A stretch of 28,000 bases of DNA. Origin: a virus. The position numbers and the translations under genes are program-made. This document shows positions 17,967-28,000 of this stretch, one piece after another (the stretch's first letter is position 1; every line of letters starts with the position of its first letter). The notes beneath the pieces were generated by a model. It worked only from the letters and a program-made list of their open reading frames with translations, was not told where the DNA came from and did no database searches. The stretch is from positions 90,001 through 118,000 of the IMG/VR virus record IMGVR_UViG_3300045988_175865; one strand, given 5' to 3'.

Positions 17967-20900
17967 ATGGTTTCGGATACATATTATAATGCAATGGGTT
18001 CACGCTCATTTTATAAAGGTACATCTTTTAGATGTACAGAATGATGCTTAGAAACTCACTACTTTAACAATGAGGACTTTATTGATTTTGTATCATATAA
18101 AGGGGCTCTTCTTAGATGTACAAGAAGTCATATTTCCTCTGTTGATAATGAACCATCTCTTGTTATTAATAATAACTTAATTGTTGGAATTAATGACTCT
18201 CCTGTTTGGGAATTTATAATGGGAGGAGGATCAATTGAAACAGGTCAATTAAATATTGATTTCAAACTAGAAGACGGCCATCTTTGAGTTTTTTGTAATG
18301 AAAAATGGAAGGACTTAGGAAATGTTAAAGGAGATCAAGGTGAAACTGGAATACAAGGAATACCAGGAGACCCTGGTAAGGGAGTGCCAAGTGGGGGTAA
18401 TACAAATCAGGTACTAGTAAAACAGTCCAATTCTGATTATGATACTATTTGAAAAACTATAAATACTTCTGGAGGAGAGCTCCCAACGTTTTCTGCAAAA
18501 GTATTGAGTACTACTAGTACGGAGGATGCTCCAGAAGCTACTGTAACTTTAAGTGACTCTAATGAATTTCAGTTTTCATTTAAATTACAAAAAGGACAAG
18601 ATGGAGTTAATGGTACTCCAGGAATTAATGGAGACGGCTTAAAGTACATATATATTCGAACTACTAAAGCAAATAAGCCAACAACTCCAACTGGTAGCGG
18701 AGAAGATGTAGAGTTGCCTACTGATGTAGAGTGGGGTCTATGAAAGTCTTCCCCTACAGGTGTAGATTCTACATATAGATGGGAATGAGTTAGTGCTAGT
18801 GTTTATATTAACGGTAGTTGAGAGTCTTATAGTGAACCATCTTTATTTGCTTATTATGCTCTTGATGGAGTTAATGGAACTGCTCCAAATTATAAAACTT
18901 ACGTTTATGCTCAATCTAATTCTAAACCAGATAAACCTAACTTCAATACTCCTCAACCTCCTACAGAATCGCAGTGAAAAGATTACCCATTAAGTAGTGG
19001 GCAGTGATGGCAATGTATAGGAGTTGTGGATGGACAAACAAATACAGTTATTCAATGAGGAGAAGTATTACCTGTAAATGGTAAAGATGGAACTGCTCAA
19101 GATGGAAAATTTACTGAGTTTAGATTTGCTGTAAATAGTAGTAATATTACTCCTCCAAGTCTATCAAATACAGTAAGAACTCCAGAGGGATGGTCTTTAA
19201 CACCTCCAACTAAGAGTAACTCTCAATACTTATGGATGACAACAGCAGTTATTAATCCTAATGATACTTTGTTTAGAAATTGATCTACTCCAGTATGTAT
19301 TAGTGGTGAAAATGGTGAACCAGGAGCTACTGGAGCTGCTGGTAATTGAACTTCTTATGTATTTAAAAACAGTTCCTCTACGCCAGATACTCCTACAGGC
19401 ACTGATCCTGTCCCCACAGGATGATCTGATGCACCAACATCATCAGATGGTACTTGATGAATGTCTAAAGCATTAATTAGTGGAGTTACTCAAAAAGTGG
19501 TTGGAGAATGATCCGCTCCACAACGAATTACGGGAGAAAAGGGACAAGATGGTGAAGACGGAACTAATGGAACTGATGGGATTTATACAGATTATAAATT
19601 TGCAAAAAGCTCTTCCAAAAGTGAAGTGCCATCAATTAACAAACAAAGTTCTAATCCTGGTAGTAATTGAAGCGATCAATGGCCCGTAATTAATTCTGGA
19701 GAATTTCTCTGAATGACTTTTATTAAAAAGAATTCTAAAGATGATTCTATTGTATTAGGGGAAGAATGAGCAACTCCTGTATGTATTACAGGAGAACAGG
19801 GTCCTCAAGGTCCTATTGGATCTACAGGAGCATCAGGTACTCCAGGTGTGGGTATTGTTATGAGATTTTGTAATGGTACTGACACAGAGCCAAGTAATGC
19901 TAAACCAACAAATACATTAGATACTGCAAGTCAAGGATGAACTGTTACTCCTCCCTCAACTACAGAAGATTATCCTAGATTATGATTTATACAGGGTAGA
20001 ATAAAATATTTAAATAATGAGGATCGAGATGGGCAACTTGATGGTAGTTGAAGTGATCCTGCATTGTTTAATGGGCCTGCAGGAGTAAATGGAGAAGCAG
20101 GTAAAAAAGGTCAACTGATTTATCCAGTAGGTGTTTATGATATAAATACTACATATAGTACTACTGAAGAAAGTGCTCCTTATGTCTATGTCTATAATTC
20201 AGAATCTAGTAAATCTGGATACTACTTATTATCAGCAGTTACCAGTTGAACAGGAACTGATCATAATAATTGGTCTCCAGTTGAATCAATTGATAATGAA
20301 GAGCATTATTGGACTAAATTTAACCACTTTGAGGCAATTTTTGCGGATGTGTCTATTTTCCCCAACTCTCTTGTTGGATCAGCTGTTTTTAATGGAGATT
20401 ATATGTTTAGTCAAACTGGTAAGGAGTCAACAGGAATAACTACAAATTACAATAAGTTTGATCCCGAAGATCTATCCAAATGATACCCTGCTTACTATAT
20501 AAATTTAAGAACGGGAGAATGTTCATTAAACTTTGGCCAATGTACATTTAAATATTCAGATTCCTTTAATTCAAAAACGTTAATGACTATTGAAGGAGGT
20601 ATTAATATAATCCCAGATATGATCTCTCCATCTAGATATAGTAACTATATTTCCACACCTTGTATTTCAATTTTAGCAGATGAAGAAGGATTAGCAAATG
20701 GCAATATATATAAGTTCGCTTTATCAGAGGAGTACCTACCTATTACTAAGGGAGTTATTAAGGGTTCTATTGATAATTGTACATATTTAAATGGACTAGA
20801 AGAAAATGATGAAGATTATGTTGTAATATCTCCAGCAGAAAGTACAGAGAGTAGTAATGGTATAATAAACTTTGTAACATATCAAAATGGTACTATAAGA

Positions 20901-21203
20901 AGTACAATATCTGAAATATACCTAGGAGCGGGCAGAACTTTATCATATTCATTTGTGCCAATTAAATATTTAGGAGACTCACTTTATAGCACTTATACTT
21001 CTATCTTTGATGTTGCAGATACAGAAGATGGAACAACTGCTTATAGAGGTATATCTGGTATACTAAATATATCTAATGTTAATGATTTTGTATTAATTGT
21101 TTGCCATCAATCAGGACAGGGTATACAATATGGGGGTCTTACTTTTACAAAAGCTGGGTCTTTTCTAGTTTCTAAAGTTCTTGATGTTAACCCAGTAAAA
21201 TAA
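17967..21203 (+). CDS. Large tail-fibre or receptor-binding protein (1078 aa) with collagen-like Gly-X-Y tracts and six Trp-rich repeats
   Basis: ATG 17967 is in frame with track ORFs 18504.., 20064.. and 20583..21203. By my count it has 23 in-frame TGAs and 10 TGGs. Examples: GDQGETGIQGIPGDPGKG, GQDGVNGTPGINGDG, GEQGPQGPIGSTGASGTPG. The C-terminal 200 aa or so are non-repetitive. Confidence 0.85.
18640..20130 (+). repeat. Six tandem protein-level repeats of about 80-90 aa: G-X-Y tract, then Y/F-x-F, then P..GW(S/T)..P, then LW(M/F), then W(S/A).P..I.G
   Basis: Manual alignment of the translated fibre. The repeats are degenerate at the DNA level, and the boundaries are approximate. Confidence 0.65.
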
Positions 21204-21216
21204 TATATTTTAAGGA

Positions 21217-22842
21217 ATGAAAAATATTAAACCAGATATTGATCTTCAAAATTCAATTGAACGTAGTAGGATTACTGAATCTAGAGAGTATTACAAAGGC
21301 AAGTCTTTTAACTTTGCTAAAGAATGGCACCCTGGAATAAATTATTTTAATGATAATTATATTACTGACTTTGTATCTTATAAAGGAACTTTATTAGTAT
21401 GCCGTAGAACACATCTTTCTAGTAATAGTAACAGACCTGAGCTACTATTTGAAGATCCAAAAGATTCAAATCAGCCAACTGGAGTAAAATCTGAATATTG
21501 AGATTTTATATTGGCTGGAACTCCAGGACCTGGAGGAAAAGTATATATCCCTAACTATAATACATCTACTGGAGAACTTTCTTGAGTTATATCTGATAAT
21601 ATAGAAAGTATTAATCCTGTAAATATAAAAGGGGAAGATGGTAAAGATGGAAGAGATGGTAAAGATGGAAAGAATGGAACAAATGGAAAAGATGGTGATA
21701 CTTATGTCCCACAACCAGAGCTTGATAATAACTACATAGTATTTAAATCTTTACAAGGAAAAGAAACTATTAAAGTAGATTGTAGTAACTTAAAGGGGGA
21801 ACCTGGAGAAAAAGGTGAAAAGGGTAATGATTGAATATTTAGTAAGGTTAATACTATTACCTTGTCTCCTGATGATAGCGGATATGCAGAAATATCTGCA
21901 GATACTCCAGGAAGTGAATCTACAACTTATACTTTAACTTTAGGAATCCCTCAAGGAAAAACAGGTCTTAAGGGGAATAAGGGAGAAAAAGGAGAGAAAG
22001 GAGATCAGGGAGAAAAAGGAGAAGCAGGTCCTACCCCTCTTTTTAAACTTATAAGGAATGAGAGTACTAGATCTATAGATTTATATTGATCTATTGATGA
22101 AGATTCAGACTGAGTGAATCTAGGAAGTGTTGGAGGGAAATCCCCAAAATTATTGAGAGTTTTTGATGTTGCAGAACACCCAAACGCTCAAAATAATACT
22201 AGACGAGATGATCGTATAGTATGAGGTTATGATGGAGTTGCAGTTAGTGAATGAACTACTCTATGTTATCTAGATGAACTTAGAGGAGATGAAAATATAT
22301 GAATAAGTACTGAGGAAGTTAAACCAGGAGAGGGTAATCATCCAGTAATGGAAGTTAGAGACCCAGATAATCCTGATAAGACTATCCAAGTTGAAGATAG
22401 AGATAAAATATGGTATGATCCATTTGATTATAGTTTAGATGAATTTAGCTCATTTGAATTTGTATTCAATGCTTATAAGGAGGCGGGGGGTCAATTAAGT
22501 GAGGATGCTTTTAGAAATACCTTTGCTAATGTTTCTAACTTAACCATTAAATTTTGGAAAAGAACATTAGAGGATTTTCTCAAAACTGATGCATCTAGTC
22601 ATCAAAATGAGCTGTGGCTAGTTAGATCAACAACTGGAACTAGTGATGATACTTTTGAAGAGTATTATGCAGTACAGTCTCCTGAAGTTGGTAAATGAAT
22701 GTGAGAAAAATGGGGATCTGGATCTATTAATGTAGATTTAAGTGATTATATTACAAAAGCTGAGGCAAATTCATATATACAAGAACAGGTAAATAACATA
22801 CTATCTTCTCTAGTAATAGATGGGGGGGAATTAACAATATAA
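21217..22842 (+). CDS. Second collagen-like tail-fibre protein (541 aa)
   Basis: Track ORFs 21217.., 21862.. and 22348.. share one frame, joined over TGAs. G-X-Y tracts: GEDGKDGRDGKDGKNGTNGKDGD, GEPGEKGEKGND, GKTGLKGNKGEKGEKGDQGEKGEAGP. The N-terminus is paralogous to that of the 17967 gene. Confidence 0.8.
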
Positions 22843-22846
22843 TTAT

Positions 22847-23335
22847 ATGAATATTAGTACTATACAATTTAAACGAATATTAAAATATTCTGGGACTAGT
22901 ACAGAAGCAATAAGATATATACGAGAACAATTAACTCCTCCATTAAAAAATGGAGAGCCTCTTTTAGTCTCTTACAAGGATATTACAGAGGAAAACTATA
23001 AGTACTTTATAGCAATTGGTATAGATGAAAACAATAGAAAAATACAGATATCTCCAATATTTAATTCTATAGAAGATTTTAATAATTATATAGAAAAACA
23101 CAGTCTTGGAGTAACTTCCGAGAATTTGGCAGATGACTCTGACATTACAATTAATAAAGATACTTCTGGAAATTATATAGTTAAGGTTAAAACTCAGATA
23201 ATCTCTGCAGATAATATTAATACTACAATATCTTTAGAAGAACCTGAGATGACTATAACTCAGAATCAATTTAATAATTTAGTGTGAGAAAAAATATCAG
23301 AAATAAACGATAAGTTAGTCTGATATGAATTATAA
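22847..23335 (+). CDS. Hypothetical protein (162 aa) inside the fibre cluster
   Basis: Track ORF 22847..23287 continues over two TGAs (NLV-W-EKISEINDKLV-W-YEL) to TAA 23333-23335. Confidence 0.55.
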
Positions 23336-23356
23336 ACAAAAAAAAATTAAGAGTTT

Positions 23357-24442
23357 ATGGATGTATTAAAGTTTAAATTTGGTACAGAATTAACTGAATC
23401 TGTACAAAAAGGAGACTTTGTTGCTATTAATAAAGGTATTAAAGAAGAAAATGATTCTGAATCATTAAACTCTAAACTGGGATCTTTATATAAAGGCAAC
23501 AAAATTCTTGGTACTACAGAAGCAGATAAACTTGTTACTACAGAAGAAATTACTGTCGCGGGCTTAAACGGAGATTTAGGAGCAGGAATTCAGAATGGTA
23601 AAACAATTCCAGCAGGAACTAGTTTACAAGAGTTTTTAGTGATGTTATTAAGCAAGGAATTAAATCCTGGGGCAGCTACAAAACCTTCTATTTCAATTAC
23701 AGGAACTTCTAATATGAGATTGAAGGAAATATATTCGACAGTTACTATACCAGCAGTTAGTATGTCTACCAACAATGGTAAGTTTAATAATAATGGTTGA
23801 ACAAGTCCTGCACAGCCCTCTGTAAAAGGAGTAAATTGATCAGGAAAAACGATTACTCCAAGTGCGCAGGCTGGATTTACTGGATATACTCCTGAAGCTG
23901 GTGAAGTTATTGCTCAATTTACTTCAGCAAAAATAGCACTTGGACAAAATACCGTTACATATACTGCAACTGGTAACTACACTGCTCCAACTAATAAACC
24001 TATTACTAATTTAAATCATGAATATACAGGAGCAGATGCTACTTTTACTGCTGGTTCTGCAACTAATTCCAGTCGTACCACAGCAACAGGTGTTTATCCA
24101 GTATTTACAAATAATGCTGTGACTTTAACTGCTCAGGCAAGTACCAAACTAACTCTTACTGAAGGACCTTCATTTGAAGTTAGTTTTAATAGTGAGTTAG
24201 CTGCAGGGCAATTTATTATGGTAGCTATTCCAGATAGTTTTACTATTACTAAGGTAGAAGCATATAATACGATGAGTAATAAGTATGAAACTTATGGAGG
24301 ACAATCAAAATTTGAAGCTGAAGAAGAAAAAAGAAGTATTAATGGCACAGAAGTTCAATATAAATTATGAACTCGACAAGGAGACAATAAAAATGATGCT
24401 ATTAAATATCGGTTCACATTAAGTAAAAAGTTAAGTGCATAA
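23357..24442 (+). CDS. Hypothetical structural protein, probably a tail or fibre component (361 aa), Thr/Ser/Ala-rich
   Basis: Track ORFs 23357..23800 and 24119..24370 share one frame, joined over TGAs. TAA at 24440-24442. Confidence 0.6.
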
Positions 24443-24444
24443 TT

Positions 24445-25980
24445 ATGGCAAGAGGTACAAATACATTTAGTTTAGGCGCAGGTTTTAATATAACTGGCCA
24501 GGAGCCTATTGATTCTAGACTTGTTGTTGGTACATTAAGTGATCTTACTACACAAGAAACTTGGAATGGTATAGGTCTTTATAACGGATTAGTTGTAGCT
24601 GTTACTGAGTCATCAACATTATATGTACTTAAAAATCGTGATGATGTAACTAATCCAGAATCATGAGTAGCTGTTGGAGGCGATGTCTCTGATGATTTAG
24701 CCGAATTAACTGCTGATGTTGAAGGTTTAAAAACTAGCAAACAGGATAAAATCATTGCTGGAAACGGTATTGATTTAAATGCAGATGGAAAAACCGTTTC
24801 TATTAAAATTGATTCTACAGGGCAAGGACTTGAACTAGGACCTAATGGTTTAAAAGCAGTTATTCCAGAAGCCGCTGAATATACTATTGCAGCTGCTGAT
24901 TCTCCTACTGAAGGATATTTAAAGAGTTATGAACTTCGTAAGAATGGAGATAAAGTAGGAGTTTCTATTGATATCCCCAAAGATTTAGTAGTTACCAAAG
25001 GTGAGGTCAAAGAAGTAGAAAAAGAAAACACTCCATACGAGGGGGCATCTGTTGGAGACCTTTACTTAGAGCTATCAATTGCAAATCAAGGAACTCCTGT
25101 ATATATCCCTGTTAAATCATTAACTGATGTTTACATAGGAAGTACTTATATTAGTGTTGATGCTGGAGTTATTTCTATCAAGTATGATGACTTAAAGGGA
25201 CAAATCAATACAGATTTAGTAACACCAATTTCTAGAAGGGTAACAACAGTTGAAAGGAAAGTAACAGCATTAGAAACAACTGTTGGAAGTGTTTCGAGTG
25301 GGTTAGTTAAAGATGTTAATGACTTAAAAACTAATATAGACCAAAAGGTAGATAAAGTTGAAGGCAGCTCATTAATTACATCTGAAAAATTAGCTTTGAT
25401 TGATACTAATGCTTCCAAAATTGGGACTTTAGAAACAACTGTATCTGCAAAATTAGATAACACAGCTACTGTTAATGGTCAATCTTTTGTTGGAGGATCT
25501 TGTACAATTAACGCTACTCATATTAACATTGAGGACAAAATTGGAGATAATGTTGCGGGGACATCAATTGAAGAGGTTTTATCTAACTTTAATGGTAAGA
25601 TTACTGATGCTGCAGATGCTGGAGTACAGTCTTTTGGTGGAAAAACAGGAGCAATCACAGTAAAAGGAGGAAATGATGGTTCTACCCCTGCAGTTAATCT
25701 TACAATGAGTGATAATGAACTACAGGCTATACCCATAGGCGTAGCTAGTTCAGCACAAGGAGCAAAGGCAGACACTGCACTTCAAAATATAACTGCTTCT
25801 TCTAGCTCTGATTATCTTACATTAAGTACAAGTAGTAAAAAAGGAGGTTCACAGGGTATTACTGGAAATTTAAATATACAAAGTATTGAATCTGCTTCTA
25901 TAGAATCTAAAGGACTTGCAGAATCATATGATGTAAAACAATACGTTGATAATATGCTTGTTTGAGAAGAATTGGGATAA
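24445..25980 (+). CDS. Tail-fibre-like protein (511 aa) with a central coiled coil
   Basis: Track ORFs 24445.. and 25396..25965 share one frame. N-terminal SRLVVGTLSDLTT...GLYNGLVVAV...LYVL is fibre-like. Heptad-like stretch RRVTTVERKVTALETTVGSVSSGLVKDVNDLKTNIDQKVDKVEG. Ends ...MLV-W-EELG-TAA. Confidence 0.7.
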
Positions 25981-25991
25981 AATAATAAGGT

Positions 25992-26013
25992 GGGTAGGAA
26001 TTTTTTCCTACCC
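25992..26013 (+). terminator. Hairpin GGGTAGGAA-TTTT-TTCCTACCC between two fibre genes; no 3' U-tract
   Basis: Perfect 9-bp stem followed by a C-run rather than a T-run. It may be an attenuator or an RNA-stability element rather than a canonical terminator. Confidence 0.35.
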
Positions 26014-26035
26014 CCCCCATCTATATTAAAATAAT

Positions 26036-28000
26036 ATGGCAAATAAAAATAAGTTTATTTATTGTAAAACTAAAGCGAACTTTAATTCTTATTTACAGGA
26101 ACATGAAGAGGAGCTTTATAATTGTACCACATTTATACAAGATTCAAAAGAAATTTATACTCATGGAAATTTTTATAAGGCTAGTAATAGATGGGCTATT
26201 TCAAGTCTAACAGGCAGCTCTGATTATGCAACATTAGCTTATAATAATGGTAAGGTCGGGGATATATTTGACATGTCTTCTGGGACTACTGTTCATGGTA
26301 TATTAGGTACAATTAATGATAAGAAATGATATATATTCTATAAAGATTCTATTAGAGAATATATATATAATACAGATACAAAAAAATTTACAGCAGGAGC
26401 TACAATTAATCTTGCTAATGACTCTGAAATTCCAGATCCTGCTACTGTGGCTCCTAAAATGGATGGTACAGCTGCTGTAGGATCATCTAATAAATATGCA
26501 CGTGAAGACCATGTGCATCCTTCAGATAATACCAAACAGGATACTCTTGTTAGTGGAGAATCAATTAGAACAATTAACAATCTTTCTTTATTAGGGGAAG
26601 GTAATATTAATGTAGGCGATGTTCCTTCTATTACAGTAGAAAATGAACAAATACCAAATGAGACAGATTTTAATAGAGTTGCAGAAGCTGCGGCAAATAA
26701 TAGAGCTGTTTTAATTAGAATTAAAACTACTGAAATGACGTTAACCTCTAATTATTGACAGTATACCTCTTCAGAATCTCAGAGAGGCTTTGTTGCTTAT
26801 GCAACATATTTATCAGAAACTAATAACATAACTCTGACGGCACATATTATAGAAAATCAACCAGTTATGGTAGAAACTTATGATAAAGAATTACAAGAAG
26901 AGTTAGTTTCTGGGACTAATATTAAAACTATTAATGGTACTGCTATACTAGGATCAGGTAATATAGACACTCCAGATAGTAAGGTTACTAGTGCTGCTAA
27001 TCACTATACTCCTGTTGGAGGAAGTGCTACATCTGGAACTATTATAAATTCTATTACTAAGGATGAGAAAGGACATATTATAGATATAGGGGTTGCTAAT
27101 GGTATAGATGCTGGTAAAATTACCTCGGGAGTTATTGATATTGAGAGATTGCCTAAGGGAGCACTGGAGCGTTTAGTAATAGTTGCAAATAAAGCAGCAA
27201 GACTAGCTTTAACCACTGAACAAGTACAAGAAGGCGATACTGTTAAAGAGAAAGATACAGGTGTAATGTATTTTGTTATTGATTCTTCTAAATTAAATAG
27301 TGAAGATGGCTACTCTATTTATACAGCAGGAGCAGCATCTAGTGTGCCTTGGTCAGGAGTGACAGGTAAACCTGATTTAGTTAACTCGGTTAAGTTAGTA
27401 CTGCCAAGTTCCATATTCATTAATTCTGAAAGTACACTTACAGGAAATGCAGAATTAGGATCATCTTTAAGTACACAAAACGCTAATACAGTATGAGCAG
27501 CTCCAAGTGGCACATCTGGGGTACCAACATTTAGGAAATTAACTTTCCTAGATATGAATACAGTAACGTCAGATAAATTTAACTATATACCCCAGACATT
27601 TAAAGGAGGAAGGCTAGTAATTAATTATAAAAACTCTGCTGGGGGTCAAAATACTGACAACACTATAACAGAATACCAATTTGGAGATGGGGCCAGTAAT
27701 CTTACATACATAACAGCAAAAGGTTTTAAAACTTCGGAAAATAATGGACACAGGGTACTATGTTCAAATGGATCTTCCAAATTATTGTATGGACCATCAA
27801 CTCCTGGAACAGCAGGACAAGTATTAATTTCAAATGGGTCATCAACTCCTGAATGGGGAAAAGTACCTATAACTAGTATAGGAGGACCTACTGTTGATAC
27901 TGCGACTTCTAATACTGTACCATATGGAATTACTTCATATATTGGGGAGTACCGTTCTGATAAATTAGCGTTTATAAAGAGCACTGATTTATATGGAGAA
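26036..28000 (+). CDS. Tail-fibre protein, 3'-truncated by the window end (more than 654 aa)
   Basis: Track ORFs 26036.., 26447.. and 26867.. share one frame, joined by TGAs, and the frame stays open to 28000. Common fibre motifs: PKMDGTAAVGSSNKYAREDHVHPSD, VPWSGVTGKPD, APSGTSGVPTFRKLT, GTAGQVLISNGSSTPEWG. Confidence 0.8.

Noticed and set aside
21630-22035. Collagen-like GGA/AAA/GAT periodic DNA as a tandem-repeat or VNTR locus, or as a CRISPR-like array.
   Set aside because: The periodicity is the 9-nt Gly-X-Y coding pattern inside an open frame. The units are degenerate and there is no spacer-repeat architecture.
13024-25663. Off-frame plus-strand ORFs: 13024-13209, 16668-16850, 18793-18993, 19261-19476, 19480-19689, 20173-20439 and 25475-25663.
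   Set aside because: Each lies in an alternative frame of a gene whose main frame carries conserved motifs (TerL, portal, fibres). Their products are Leu/Ile/Met-rich strings typical of AT-rich off-frames.
313-27984. Many minus-strand track ORFs lie inside plus-strand genes: 313-594, 664-981, 1263-1550, 2863-3069, 10695-11138, 11402-11680, 12728-13024, 12990-13199, 21466-21714, 23590-23775, 25146-25463, 25518-25775, 25812-26042, 26338-26580, 27004-27216, 27319-27513, 27646-27984.
   Set aside because: They are antisense shadows of long, motif-supported sense genes. Their translations are low-complexity and Leu/Ser/Ile-rich with no recognisable motifs. The 21466-21714 ORF simply mirrors collagen-like repeats.
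1252-28000. Interpretation of the fragmented ORFs as pseudogenes in a decaying prophage.
   Set aside because: The interruptions are exclusively TGA, never TAA or TAG and never frameshifts. They coincide with positions where Trp is expected, and paralogous repeat positions alternate between TGG and TGA.
1252-28000. Table 25 (TGA = Gly, as in Absconditabacteria and Gracilibacteria) as the alternative code.
   Set aside because: TGA aligns with TGG in internal paralogs and falls on aromatic or Trp positions of conserved motifs (ES-x-W-G, D-W-KT, GIG-W-SE, VPWSG-type fibre motifs). Gly would break these patterns. A formal HMM column tally is still advisable.
17967-28000. Diversity-generating retroelement targeting the fibre genes.
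   Set aside because: There is no reverse-transcriptase ORF in the window, and I could not spot a near-identical template/variable repeat pair with A-specific mismatches. It cannot be excluded for the rest of the genome.

Overview
AT-rich (about 30% GC), densely packed window with the layout of a tailed dsDNA phage (Caudoviricetes). The six-frame ORF track is fragmented because nearly every break is an in-frame TGA. Reading TGA as Trp (translation table 4) fuses the fragments into long genes with recognisable motifs. Left to right on the + strand: an iteron and inverted-repeat control region, a dual winged-helix protein, a 750-aa multi-domain muralytic protein, and small proteins. A 1.7-kb minus-strand island follows (5268-6998) with an M15-type peptidoglycan peptidase and two HExxH proteins, bounded by hairpin terminators and a divergent promoter region. 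The + strand then resumes with a PD-(D/E)xK nuclease, two Cys-rich paralogs, a GroES-like protein, the large terminase and the portal. The window ends with a block of collagen-like, repeat-rich tail-fibre genes, the last one truncated at 28000. Main points: (1) systematic TGA-to-Trp recoding in a phage that carries peptidoglycan hydrolases, lacks Shine-Dalgarno sites and has TAnnTTTG promoter-like motifs, which suggests a walled, Bacteroidota-like host rather than a Mollicute. (2) A 356-nt ORF-less group I-like intron splits the portal gene. (3) Modular tail fibres have six Trp-rich repeats in which paralogous positions alternate between TGG and TGA. No tRNA, rRNA, CRISPR array, integrase or transposase was recognised. 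All calls come from manual translation and motif recall; no database search was run.
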